Below, piece after piece: positions 1 through 9,066 of a stretch of DNA of 64,000 bases. The first letter of the stretch is position 1. Each line of letters starts with the position of its first letter. A model generated the notes under the pieces. It was not told the origin of the DNA and did not search any database. It saw only the letters and a list, made by a program, of their open reading frames with translations. Both the position numbers and the translations under genes were made by a program. Source of the DNA: an uncultured Hyphomicrobiales bacterium (lineage in GTDB: Bacteria; Pseudomonadota; Alphaproteobacteria; Reyranellales; JAQSWP01); the NCBI GenBank assembly GCA_964458605.1, contig CAYWLS010000009.1:21005-85004 (forward strand), given 5' to 3'.

Positions 1-630
1 GAGACCACCGGCGCGATCACCTACCTGCCGCCCGAAGACCACGATCCCAACCATCCCAGGAAGCTCTATTCCTGCGGCCTGCCGCAGCATGGCGTGGAGT
101 TGCGCATCGTCGGCAACGACGGCAGCGACGTCGCCAAGGCCGGCGATGTCGGCGAGATCGCGGTGCGTTCGCCGCAGGTGATGAAGGGCTACTGGCAGCT
201 GGGCGACGCCACCGCCCGCTCGATCCGCGACGGCTGGTTCTTCACCGGCGATGCCGGCTATCTCGACGATGCGGGCTATCTCTATATCCACGACCGGGTC
301 AAGGACATGATCGTGTCGGGCGGCGAGAACATCTACCCGGCCGAGATCGAGAACGCGCTGTTCCAGCATCCCGCCGTGGCCGACGTGGCGGTGATCGGCG
401 TACCCGACGAGCGCTGGGGCGAAGCGGTCAAGGCCTTCATCGTCAGGAAGCCCGGCGCCGACCTCACGCCGACCGAACTGATCGCCTTTGCGCGCGACCG
501 CATCGCAGGCTACAAGGTACCCCGCTCGGTCGATTTCATCGATGCCCTGCCGCGCAATCCCACCGGCAAGATCCTCAAACGCGAGCTGCGCAAACCGTTC
601 TGGGAAGGACGCGAGCGCCAAGTCAACTGA
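1..630 (+). CDS. AMP-dependent acyl-CoA synthetase/ligase, C-terminal part (5' end lies outside the window)
   Basis: Frame 1 is open from base 1 (ETTGAITYLPPEDH...) into listed ORF 94..630. C-terminal adenylate-forming motifs are present: WFFTGDAGYLDDAGYLYIHDRVKDMIVSGGENIYPAEIE and PRNPTGKILKRELR. Confidence 0.85.
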   Translation, partial: ETTGAITYLPPEDHDPNHPRKLYSCGLPQHGVELRIVGNDGSDVAKAGDVGEIAVRSPQVMKGYWQLGDATARSIRDGWFFTGDAGYLDDAGYLYIHDRVKDMIVSGGENIYPAEIENALFQHPAVADVAVIGVPDERWGEAVKAFIVRKPGADLTPTELIAFARDRIAGYKVPRSVDFIDALPRNPTGKILKRELRKPFWEGRERQVN

Positions 631-663
631 CCGATCACAGCATCCAGCAGTTCCGAGAGATCC

Positions 664-1743
664 ATGTCCGCCAACCCGCCCACCGCCCTGCCCGCCAATC
701 TGTCGCCCGTGCGCGAAGCCCATCGTTTCGACGAAGGCGCGCTGGCCGCCTATATGAAGGATCACGTCGACGGCTTCGTGCCGCCGCTCGCCGTGCGCCA
801 GTTCGAGGGCGGCCAGTCCAACCCGACCTTCCATTTGACCGACGGGCGCGGCAAGCAATACGTGCTGCGCAAGAAGCCGCCGGGCAAGCTGCTGCCCTCG
901 GCCCATGCGGTGGATCGCGAATACAAGGTGATCAGCGCACTGGGCAAGACCGACGTGCCGGTCGCCAAGGCCTATTGCCTGTGCGAGGACGCCAATGTGA
1001 TCGGCACGGCGTTCTACATCATGGAATTCCTGAACGGTCGCATCTTCCGCAATCCGCTGATGCCCGAATGTTCGCCGGCCGAGCGCCACGCCATCATCGA
1101 CAACATGAACGACGTGCTGGCCCGCCTGCACAAGGTGGACTACAAGGCGGTGGGCTTGGGCAATTACGGCCGCGAGGGCCAGTATTTCCAGCGCCAGCTG
1201 GCGCGCTGGAGCAGCCAATACGACCTGGCCCGCACCGGCGACATCCCCGAGATGGAACGGCTCAAGGTCTGGCTGCCGCAGAACATTCCGCCCGGCGACG
1301 AGACCACCATCGCCCATGGCGACTATCGGCTGGAGAACACCATCGTCCATCCCACCGAACCGCGACTGATCGCGGTGCTGGACTGGGAGCTGTCGACATT
1401 GGGCCATCCGCTGGCCGATCTTTCCTACAACTGCATGCTCTATTATTTCGGCGCCGGCTTCGGCGCCACGGTGGGCTTCGCCGGCCAGGACTTGAAAGCA
1501 CTCGGCATCCCCAGCGAGCAGGAATACATCGCCGCCTACTGCAAGCGCACCGGCCGCGACGGCATCCCGCATTGGGATTTCTACATGGCCTTCTCCATGT
1601 TCCGGCTGGCCAGCATCGTACAGGGCGTCTACAAGCGCGGCCTGGACGGCAACGCGGCCTCGACCACTGCCACGCAATACGGCCAGCGCGCCCGCGAACT
1701 GGCCGAGCTGGCCTGGGGCCTGGTCAAGCACCGGGCGGGGTAA
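664..1743 (+). CDS. APH-fold phosphotransferase resembling the N-terminal kinase domain of ACAD10/ACAD11 and LvaA-type kinases
   Basis: 359-aa ORF with motifs GGQSNPTF, YVLRKKPPGKLLPSAHAVDREY, catalytic loop HGDYRLENTIV and DWELSTLGHPLADL. Confidence 0.8.
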   Translation: MSANPPTALPANLSPVREAHRFDEGALAAYMKDHVDGFVPPLAVRQFEGGQSNPTFHLTDGRGKQYVLRKKPPGKLLPSAHAVDREYKVISALGKTDVPVAKAYCLCEDANVIGTAFYIMEFLNGRIFRNPLMPECSPAERHAIIDNMNDVLARLHKVDYKAVGLGNYGREGQYFQRQLARWSSQYDLARTGDIPEMERLKVWLPQNIPPGDETTIAHGDYRLENTIVHPTEPRLIAVLDWELSTLGHPLADLSYNCMLYYFGAGFGATVGFAGQDLKALGIPSEQEYIAAYCKRTGRDGIPHWDFYMAFSMFRLASIVQGVYKRGLDGNAASTTATQYGQRARELAELAWGLVKHRAG

Positions 1744-1745
1744 CC

Positions 1746-3275
1746 ATGGCTTACGAAAAGCATCTCGCGGAGCACGCCCAGCGCCGCGAGCGCGCCCTGG
1801 GCATGGGTGGACCGGAGCGGCTGGCCAAGCGCAAGGCGCAGGGCAAGCTGAACGCCCGGGAACGCATCGCCCGGCTGCTCGACGACAATTCTTTCTTCGA
1901 GGAAGGCCGCTTCTCGACCTCGGTACGGCGCGAGGATGCGCACAAGACGCCGCAGGACGGCCAGGTCACCGGGTTCGGCAAGATCGACGGCCGCACCGTG
2001 GCGGTGCAGGTCAACGACCTGACGGTGATGAGTTCGTCCTCGGCCGAGATCAATTCGCGCAAGTCCAAATGGCTGCTGCGCGCGGCGGTCAAGGCCGGCG
2101 CCCCTTACATCCACCTGGGCGCCTGCGGCGGCGCGCGCATGCCCGATTCGATGGGCGCCAGCGGCATGGCCAAGTTCGGCTACACCGTGAATTTCGACCG
2201 CCGCCGCGTGGTGCCGATGATCACCGGCATCGCCGATCCTTCCTTCGGCGGCTCGTTCTGGCTGGCGGCGCGCTCCGACATCGTGGTGATGCGCAAGGGC
2301 GCGGTGATGGCGGTGTCGTCGCCCAAGGTGACGCAGGTGGCGATCAGCGAAAAACTGGATGCCGAAGAGCTGGGCGGCTGGGACATGCACACCGCGGTCA
2401 CCGGCATGTGCGACCTGGCGGTGGATAGCGAGGAGGAGATGCTGGACGCGATTCGCCGCTATCTCTCCTACCTGCCCTCGCACCAGAACGAGCTGGCGCC
2501 GCGCGCCGCGGTGCCCGCGGGCTCGGGCGCGACGATGGACAAGATCCTCGATCTGGTGCCGGAAAGCCGGGCCAAGGTCTACGACGTGCGCAAGGTGATC
2601 GCCGCCATCGTCGATCAAGGCAGCTTCTGCCCGATCAAGGAGCGCTATGGCAAGGCGGTGACCACCGGCCTGGCGCGCATCGACGGCCACGCGGTGGCGA
2701 TCGCCGCCTGCAATCCGCTCTACAAGGGCGGCGCGCAGGACGCCGATTCGACCGACAAATACACCAACCTGATCGTGCTGGCGGACAGCTTCAACCTGCC
2801 GATCGTCATCCTGTGCGACACGCCGGGCTTCCTGATCGGCCGCGAGGGCGAGCGGCAGAAGGTCGGCGGCAAGATCATGAACAACCTGCAGGCGCTGGAG
2901 CTGACCACCGTGCCGAAGATCGGCGTGATCCTGCGCAAGAGCTACGGCCAGGCCTATCTCAATTTCGGCGGCGGCACGACCGACGACCTGGCCGCCTGGT
3001 TCGGCGCGGAGATCAGCTTCGTCGATCCGGCGGTGGGCGTCAGCGTGGTGCACAATCTGCGCTACCAGGACGATCCCGAACGCTACAAGGCGCTGGCGGC
3101 GGAGATGTCCAAGGACACCTCGGCCTACGACCTGGCCAGCGTGTTCGCCAGCCAGCACGTGATCGACCCGCGCGAGACCCGCGACTTCCTGATCAAGGCG
3201 CTGGAGGTGCATCGCCTGCGCCGCTCGGACGGCATCGGCGAGCATCTGATGAGCGTGTGGCCGCAGACGCTGTAG
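1746..3275 (+). CDS. Acyl-CoA carboxylase carboxyltransferase (beta) subunit family protein
   Basis: The ATG lies 2 nt after the kinase stop. The product starts MAYEKHLAEHAQRRERALGMGGPERLAKRKAQGKLNARERI, followed by GKIDGRTVAVQVNDLTV and FNLPIVILCDTPGFLIGREGE. The upstream part of the listed 766-aa ORF is an out-of-frame overlap and is not used. Confidence 0.85.
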   Translation: MAYEKHLAEHAQRRERALGMGGPERLAKRKAQGKLNARERIARLLDDNSFFEEGRFSTSVRREDAHKTPQDGQVTGFGKIDGRTVAVQVNDLTVMSSSSAEINSRKSKWLLRAAVKAGAPYIHLGACGGARMPDSMGASGMAKFGYTVNFDRRRVVPMITGIADPSFGGSFWLAARSDIVVMRKGAVMAVSSPKVTQVAISEKLDAEELGGWDMHTAVTGMCDLAVDSEEEMLDAIRRYLSYLPSHQNELAPRAAVPAGSGATMDKILDLVPESRAKVYDVRKVIAAIVDQGSFCPIKERYGKAVTTGLARIDGHAVAIAACNPLYKGGAQDADSTDKYTNLIVLADSFNLPIVILCDTPGFLIGREGERQKVGGKIMNNLQALELTTVPKIGVILRKSYGQAYLNFGGGTTDDLAAWFGAEISFVDPAVGVSVVHNLRYQDDPERYKALAAEMSKDTSAYDLASVFASQHVIDPRETRDFLIKALEVHRLRRSDGIGEHLMSVWPQTL

Positions 3276-3342
3276 TCAGGCGCGCGAACCAAGGCGCGCT
3301 CTCCTGTGCCCTTCTCCTGCAAGCGGGAGGGCAAAAGCCCGA

Positions 3343-4305
3343 TTAGATGAACTGAACGTTGCTGTTGCCGCCGCCGCGCTTGTCGATGGTGGCCGAGGTT
3401 GCCATACGCAATACCTCGCGATAGCCGCGGCGCAGTTCCATCTTCGGGCCGTAGCCCTTGGCGATCAGCAGCCGGTGCGCCTGCCCCAGCCGCCAGCACG
3501 GCACGAACAGGAACAGGTGATGCTCCAGATGGTAGTTCACCCAGTAAGGCGCCACGAACAGTCGTGTCAGCGGATCGAGCAGAGTGGTGCGGGTGTTGCG
3601 CAGCGGATCGGCGTTGTCCGGCACCACGGCATGCTCGGCGATATTGCGGATGCGGCTGACGAGCTGATACCAGCTCGCCATCGGCAGCAGCCATAGCGCG
3701 GGATAGAGCCACCAGTAACCGCTGGCGATCGCGACGGCCAGCAGCACCGCGTTGGTCAGCAGCCCGCCGCCCAGATTGGCGATCAGCCGCTTCAGGCGCT
3801 GGCGCGCCGGCAGTTCCGCCGGGCCCCAGGCGCTGGCGAATTGCAGCTTGCGCCGCTGATAGGCGGTCTGGCCGCTGAGATCGCGCAGCACCTTGCGCCA
3901 CAGGCTACGGCGGGTGATGGGAAACGGCGCCGACAGGCCGAGGTCGGGGTCCTCCGCCTGCTGGGTGAAGCGGTGGTGCTTGAGATGATAGGGCCGGTAG
4001 AGATCGAGATCGCTCAGCACCGGGTACGCGCAGAGCCACCGCCCGGCCCAGTCGTTGAGCCGCCGGTTGGCAAACAGCAAACCATGCGCGGCATCGTGCA
4101 TCAGGATCGCCAGGCCGAGCTGCCGGGCGCCGACGATCAGCCAGGCGAAGAGGAAGGTGGCCGGGTTGGGCTGCCAGGCGAACAGCGCAATGGAACCGAA
4201 CACCAAGGCCCAGGCATGCAGCACCAGGGCCGCGCCGGCGAGGTTGGATTTGCCGCGCAGACGCAGCATCTCCTCCTGGCTGACCAGATCGCTGGCTTTG
4301 AGCAT
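3343..4305 (-). CDS. Membrane fatty-acid desaturase family protein
   Basis: Three histidine boxes (HDAAHG, HLKHHRF, HLEHHLF) and several hydrophobic segments. Confidence 0.85.
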   Translation of the reverse strand: MLKASDLVSQEEMLRLRGKSNLAGAALVLHAWALVFGSIALFAWQPNPATFLFAWLIVGARQLGLAILMHDAAHGLLFANRRLNDWAGRWLCAYPVLSDLDLYRPYHLKHHRFTQQAEDPDLGLSAPFPITRRSLWRKVLRDLSGQTAYQRRKLQFASAWGPAELPARQRLKRLIANLGGGLLTNAVLLAVAIASGYWWLYPALWLLPMASWYQLVSRIRNIAEHAVVPDNADPLRNTRTTLLDPLTRLFVAPYWVNYHLEHHLFLFVPCWRLGQAHRLLIAKGYGPKMELRRGYREVLRMATSATIDKRGGGNSNVQFI

Positions 4306-4347
4306 GCTTCTATTCTACGCCCAAACCGTCGTGCCGCAAACGGCAGC

Positions 4348-5274
4348 TCAGATCGGATCCCACGTGAAGAGGTCGCCGGAACGGTCGAGCTTGTAGAACG
4401 AGCTTTGCATGGCCGGTATTGCCACCTCGGCTACGCTCTGCGGCGTCCAGCCGTCGCCGCCCATATGGACCGAGCGCAGGACGCGCGGCTGGCTGAACAG
4501 GAAGATCTCGTTCTTGCGCACGCCGAAAATCTGCCCGGTGACGCTCTTGGCCTGGTCCGAGGCCAGATAGACCACGATCGGCGCGATCTTGGCGGTGGTC
4601 ATCTGCTTGATGCGCTCGACGCGCGCCTTCTCCGCCTCCGTCTCGGTGGGAATGGTGCCGATGAGGCGGCTCCAGGCGAACGGCGCGATGCAGTTGGACC
4701 GCACGTTGAAACGCTGCATGTCCAGCGCCAGCGACTTGGACAGGCCGACGATGCCCAGCTTGGCGGCGGAATAGTTGGCCTGGCCGAAATTGCCGATCAG
4801 ACCCGAGGTCGAGGTGAAATGGATGAAACTGCCGCCATTCTGTTCCTTGAAGTAGTTGGCGGCGGCCCGGCTGGTGTTGAAGCTGCCGTTGAGATGGACG
4901 TCCAGCACCTGCTTCCAGTCCATGTGGCTCATGCGATGGAAGATGCGGTCGCGCAGGATGCCGGCATTGTTCACCACGCAGTCGATGCGGCCGAAGGCCT
5001 CGACCGCCTGCTTGACCATGCCTTCCGCGCCGGCCGCGTCGGCCACCGAATCGTAGTTCGCGACCGCCTGGCCGCCGGCCTTGACGATCTCGTCGACCAC
5101 TTCCTGCGCCGGCGCCTTGCTGGCGCCGCCCTCGCCGTCCGCCGCGCCGCCCAGATCGTTGACCACCACCTTGGCGCCTTCCGCCGCCATCATCAGCGCG
5201 ATGTCGCGCCCGATGCCGCGACCCGCGCCGGTCACCAGCACCACTTTATCCTTGACGATCTGCGAACCGGCCAT
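4348..5274 (-). CDS. SDR oxidoreductase, MFE-2 (HSD17B4)-type 3-hydroxyacyl-CoA dehydrogenase-like
   Basis: Motifs VTGAGRGIGR, NNAGILRD and GQANYSAAKLG. I prefer the start at 5274 (MAGSQIV) because GGGAGA lies 5 nt upstream; the ATG at 5292 is an alternative. Confidence 0.85.
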   Translation of the reverse strand: MAGSQIVKDKVVLVTGAGRGIGRDIALMMAAEGAKVVVNDLGGAADGEGGASKAPAQEVVDEIVKAGGQAVANYDSVADAAGAEGMVKQAVEAFGRIDCVVNNAGILRDRIFHRMSHMDWKQVLDVHLNGSFNTSRAAANYFKEQNGGSFIHFTSTSGLIGNFGQANYSAAKLGIVGLSKSLALDMQRFNVRSNCIAPFAWSRLIGTIPTETEAEKARVERIKQMTTAKIAPIVVYLASDQAKSVTGQIFGVRKNEIFLFSQPRVLRSVHMGGDGWTPQSVAEVAIPAMQSSFYKLDRSGDLFTWDPI

Positions 5275-5361
5275 GGTATCTCCCTTCTCCAATCCGGGTT
5301 ATGAACACTCATTCAGCGCAATAAATAGCGCTTCTCACCGGCAATCAAGCGGAAGGCAAAC

Positions 5362-5583
5362 ATGGCTGACATCGACATCAAGGCGGAGATCACCGGCAAG
5401 GTTTGGCAGATCGCTGCCCAGGTCGGCACCAAGGTCGGCGAGGAAGACCCAATCGTCATTCTCGAGGCCATGAAGATGGAGATCCCGGTGCTGGCCACTG
5501 CCCAGGGCACGGTCAAGGAACTGCGCTTCGCCGAGGGCGACACCGTCAACGAGGGCGACGTCGTCGCCGTTGTCGAGACATAA
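5362..5583 (+). CDS. Stand-alone biotin carboxyl carrier (biotinyl/lipoyl domain) protein, 73 aa
   Basis: EAMKME biotinyl-lysine motif inside a single biotinyl/lipoyl-domain-sized protein. GGAAGG Shine-Dalgarno upstream. Confidence 0.8.
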   Translation: MADIDIKAEITGKVWQIAAQVGTKVGEEDPIVILEAMKMEIPVLATAQGTVKELRFAEGDTVNEGDVVAVVET

Positions 5584-5607
5584 GCGCCGCTCCGGCGTTT
5601 ACATCGC

Positions 5608-6534
5608 GTGACCGCCCCAGACGCCGCACCGGACACCGCGCCAATTCCGGAGAGCGAAAGCGGCCGGCTGATCCGGCTGCGGACCGCGGACGGCTGGTAT
5701 CTGGCGCTGCGCGACTTCACCCTCGAGCAGCCCGATCCCGGCAAGCCGGCGATCCTGGTGTTTGCCGCGATGGGCGCGCCGGCGCGCGCCTATCGCCGGC
5801 TGGCGCGCTGGTTTGCCGCTGCCGGCTATCCGGTCGCCACGCTGGACGCGCGCGGCACCGGCGAGAGTACGCCCCATCCAAAGCGCGGCATCGACTATGG
5901 CATCAGCCAGCACCTCTACCAGGACTGGCCGGCCGCGCTGGCCTGGGCCCGCGCCGCCCATCCCGGTCGCCAGATCGTGCTGATGGGGCATTCGATCGGC
6001 GGCCAGTTGAGCGGCCTCTATACCGGCGGCCAGTCCAGCGAGGTGGCGGCGCTGGTGTTCCTCACCACCACCAGCGTGTGGTGGAAATCGACGCCCTCGC
6101 CGCGACGACGCCTGGGTGCGCTGGCGATGTTCGGCCTATTCGCCACCGTTTCCCGCCTGATGGGCTGGTTCCCCGGCCACCGCTTCAACTGGGGCCTGCC
6201 GCTGGCCCGCCAGGTGGTGCTGGACTGGTCGCATTGGGGATTCAGCGGCAGCTATTTCGACACCGAACGGCGCAATCTCGATGGCATGCTGGCCAGCGTG
6301 ACCCAGCCGGCGCTTTCGATCTCCTTTACCGACGATCGCAGGCTGGCGCCCAAGGCTGCCTGCGACGACTTCGCCCGGCGCCTTCCGCGCGCCGACATGA
6401 CGCGCTGGCATCTCACGCCACAGGAGATCGGGCTTTCGAAGGCAGACCACTTTGACCATCTGCGCGGGGCGCCGCAGCTGTGGCGCCGCATCGACCTGTG
6501 GCTGTCCGATACGCTGTCTAGCCTGCGCTCCTAG
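5608..6534 (+). CDS. Alpha/beta hydrolase
   Basis: 308-aa ORF with a GTG start and the nucleophile elbow GHSIGG. The 3' end overlaps the convergent MFS gene by 17 nt. Confidence 0.7.
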   Translation: MTAPDAAPDTAPIPESESGRLIRLRTADGWYLALRDFTLEQPDPGKPAILVFAAMGAPARAYRRLARWFAAAGYPVATLDARGTGESTPHPKRGIDYGISQHLYQDWPAALAWARAAHPGRQIVLMGHSIGGQLSGLYTGGQSSEVAALVFLTTTSVWWKSTPSPRRRLGALAMFGLFATVSRLMGWFPGHRFNWGLPLARQVVLDWSHWGFSGSYFDTERRNLDGMLASVTQPALSISFTDDRRLAPKAACDDFARRLPRADMTRWHLTPQEIGLSKADHFDHLRGAPQLWRRIDLWLSDTLSSLRS

Positions 6535-7750
6535 ACGGATCCGGCATCGGCTCCGGCGTCGTTGCGTCGACCGCACGATGGGGTCGCAGCAATACCGTTC
6601 CCACCGCCAGGCCCAGCAGCAGGCTTCCGCCGATGGTCAGCACCATCGGGAATTGCGTGCCGTTGGTGAAGACCGTTACCACCACCGTCGCCAGCGCCGC
6701 GCCGCCCATCTGCAGCACGCCCATGAGCGACGATGCCGTGCCGGCCTGGCGCGGAAACTGGTTGACCGAGCCCGCCATGGCCGGCGCCATGATGATGCCG
6801 CTGCCCATGGCGATGCCGAAATACGGCATGACGATGGTCCACGGCGACAGCAGCCCCAGGAAGGCGAGCAGCGCCATGGCGCCGGCGCCGATCAGCCCGA
6901 CGATGAGACCCAATATCGTACAGCGCGCCAGGCTGACCCGGCCAATCAGCCGGGTCGCAACATAGCTGCCGCTGGTGAAGCCAGCGACGCTGGTCAGCAC
7001 CCAGTAGCCGTATTCCGCCGGCCCCATGCCGATCATCGACATCAGCACGAAGGGGGCGCCGGCCGAATAGGCGAACATGGCGCCGAATGTCGCGGAGATG
7101 ACGATGGCGTAGCCCATGAACGTGCGGTCGCGCAGCATCGGGCCTGCCTGGCGGACGGTGCCCCACACGCCCAGCGACCGACCGAGATAGGGATTGGACT
7201 CGCGCAGAAAGATCGCGACGATCACGAACACCAGCGCGCCAAACGCCGCCAACGCATAGAAGATCGCCTGCCAGCCGAACCAGGCCGTGAGATGGCCGCC
7301 CAGGATCGGCGCGATCGCCGGCGCCACGTTGATGCCGAGCGAGATCCAGCCCATCACCCTGGGCGAGCCATGATGGCCGAAAGTATCGCGTGTGATCGCC
7401 CGCGCGATCACCGTTCCCGAGCAGACACCGGCACCGTGGAAGACGCGCAGCAAGATCAGCGAATCGATCGAGGTCGTCAGCGCGCAGGCCAGTCCCATCA
7501 CGGCATAGAGGGCTACCCCAGCCAGCAGCACCGGACGGCGGCCAAAGCGATCCGACAGCGGACCGAACACCATCTGTCCGCCGGCATAGCCGAACAGGAA
7601 GGAGGTGAGCGTCAGCTTAACGTCGGCGTCGCTCGTCATCAGGCTGCGACCGATATCGGTCATCGACGGGGTAAAAATGCTGATCGACAGCGGGCCGAAC
7701 GCCGCCAGCGAGACCAGCAGCACGATCAGCAGGCGCTCGCGCAGGGGCAT
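6518..7750 (-). CDS. MFS transporter, Bcr/CflA drug-resistance subfamily-like
   Basis: Start at MPLRERLLIVLLVSLAAFGPLSISIFTPSM. The motif GPLSDRFGRRPVLLAG and about 12 hydrophobic segments are present. The part of the listed 642-aa ORF upstream of 7750 is an artefactual extension. Confidence 0.85.
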   Translation of the reverse strand: MPLRERLLIVLLVSLAAFGPLSISIFTPSMTDIGRSLMTSDADVKLTLTSFLFGYAGGQMVFGPLSDRFGRRPVLLAGVALYAVMGLACALTTSIDSLILLRVFHGAGVCSGTVIARAITRDTFGHHGSPRVMGWISLGINVAPAIAPILGGHLTAWFGWQAIFYALAAFGALVFVIVAIFLRESNPYLGRSLGVWGTVRQAGPMLRDRTFMGYAIVISATFGAMFAYSAGAPFVLMSMIGMGPAEYGYWVLTSVAGFTSGSYVATRLIGRVSLARCTILGLIVGLIGAGAMALLAFLGLLSPWTIVMPYFGIAMGSGIIMAPAMAGSVNQFPRQAGTASSLMGVLQMGGAALATVVVTVFTNGTQFPMVLTIGGSLLLGLAVGTVLLRPHRAVDATTPEPMPDPSRSAG

Positions 7751-7770
7751 GGCGCCGACGCCGTCCCGCG

Positions 7771-8544
7771 TCAGGCCTTGTTCTCGGCTTCGGCTTCGCG
7801 CGCGAAATCGCCGCCCGGCGCCGTGCCGGCGGCGCCGTCCGGACTGGACAGATACATGCCCGGATACCAGATGTCGAAGCCCTCGCGGATGGTGTCGAAC
7901 GGAATGTCGGCATAGGTGCCGCGATAGGCGAGGTATTCCATGTGGCGGCGGCCTTCGAGGTCGTAGGGGTGATAGATCGAATCGGTCTCGCCGTCGAACT
8001 CCAGCGGCTTGAGCCGGAACTTGTCGGTCAGTTCCTTGTTGAAGGCCGGCGTCGCCTTGACCCATTTGCCGTCCAGCCACAGGTCGACATAGCCGTGATA
8101 GTAGAAGATATCGGTGCCCAGCAGCGCGCTCAGCCGCTTGGTGGTCAGGTGGTTGCGCACATCGGCATAGCCGACCCGCGCCGGGATGCCGGCCGCGCGC
8201 GCCGCCGCCGCCAGCAGCCCGGCCTTGTTGATGCAGTAGCCATGGCCGCGCTGCAGGGTGGTGCTGGCCTTGTAGGCCTCGGCCACCATCGGCGTGCCGT
8301 AGGGATCGTAGCGGACCTGGTCGCGCACCGCATAGTAGAGCCGCACCGCCTTGTCGCGCGGCGTGACGGCATTGCCGATATTGCGCCGCGCGAAGGCGAC
8401 GATGGCCGGATGGTCGCTGTCGATCAGCGCGCGCGGCTCCAGGCAATCGGCCAACGAGGCGCCGTCGCCCAGCGTCTGCAGCAACGCCTTTTTCTCGCTC
8501 GCAGCGGACATGTCGCTATCCTGTGAAGCACGCTCGGTCTGCAT
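7771..8544 (-). CDS. Transglutaminase-like (cysteine protease fold) family protein
   Basis: Core sequence RGHGYCINKAGLLAAAARAAGIPARVGYADV. Alternative starts exist at 8580 and 8511. The gene lies 21 nt upstream of the MFS gene, so co-transcription is likely. Confidence 0.7.
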   Translation of the reverse strand: MQTERASQDSDMSAASEKKALLQTLGDGASLADCLEPRALIDSDHPAIVAFARRNIGNAVTPRDKAVRLYYAVRDQVRYDPYGTPMVAEAYKASTTLQRGHGYCINKAGLLAAAARAAGIPARVGYADVRNHLTTKRLSALLGTDIFYYHGYVDLWLDGKWVKATPAFNKELTDKFRLKPLEFDGETDSIYHPYDLEGRRHMEYLAYRGTYADIPFDTIREGFDIWYPGMYLSSPDGAAGTAPGGDFAREAEAENKA

Positions 8545-8619
8545 TTGCCGGCTACCCTCCCTGCCGTCAAGCGGCCGCATGGCGGCGCTGCCTTTTCCCT
8601 GCGGTTCGCTGGCCGACGC

Positions 8620-9066
8620 TCACTGGTCCGCCCGCGGCGTGATCAGGAAATGCGCCTGGGCCGAGGCGATCGGCCGGGCGCGATCCTCCTGCCAGGCCTC
8701 GACCGCGACATTGATCACCCGCCTGCCCTGCTTGGTCAGCACCGCCCGCGCCAGGGTATCGACCGGCCGGCCCGAGCGCAGGTAATCGACGGTGATGGTG
8801 ATGATCTTGGGGATGGTGCTGGTGTCGCTTTCCCACAGCACCTGGAAGATCGCCGCGGTCTCCAGCAGCGCGCCGATCGTGCCGCCATGCAGCGCCGGCA
8901 GCACCGGATTGCCGATCAGCAGTTCGGAAAACCGCATGCGCGTGAGCAATTCGCCGGTGGAGTTCTCCGGCGCCAATCCCATGAAATGGGCATAAGGCAT
9001 GGTCTCGGCCAGCCGCGAGATGTCGCCGGTCTTCTTGGCCTCGGCGATCAGGTCGAGCAGGTTCAT
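8620..9066 (-). CDS. PaaI-family hot-dog thioesterase
   Basis: Starts MNLLDLIAEAKK and carries the PaaI-type core GNPVLPALHGGTIGALLE. Its ATG overlaps the upstream stop (ATGA, 9063-9066). Confidence 0.8.
   Translation of the reverse strand: MNLLDLIAEAKKTGDISRLAETMPYAHFMGLAPENSTGELLTRMRFSELLIGNPVLPALHGGTIGALLETAAIFQVLWESDTSTIPKIITITVDYLRSGRPVDTLARAVLTKQGRRVINVAVEAWQEDRARPIASAQAHFLITPRADQ

Noticed and set aside
975-1745. N-terminal extensions of listed ORFs. Examples: 975-1745 of the 766-aa ORF, 7751-8446 of the 642-aa ORF, 35527-36360 of the 755-aa ORF, 43673-44134, 47716-48342, 50875-51564, 58498-59313, 11911-12993 and 13347-13775.
   Set aside because: The extended parts overlap neighbouring well-supported genes in another frame or strand and are Arg/Pro/Gly-rich nonsense. 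In each case an internal start with a Shine-Dalgarno or a start/stop overlap gives a protein of the family-typical length.
3276-3342. Hairpins between the convergent carboxyltransferase and desaturase genes (GCGCGC-N8-GCGCGC and CCCTTCTCC-N7-GGGAGGG).
   Set aside because: The stems are short and imperfect and no T-run follows. This may be a degenerate relative of the 37260 repeat or a weak terminator, but the evidence is too thin to annotate it.
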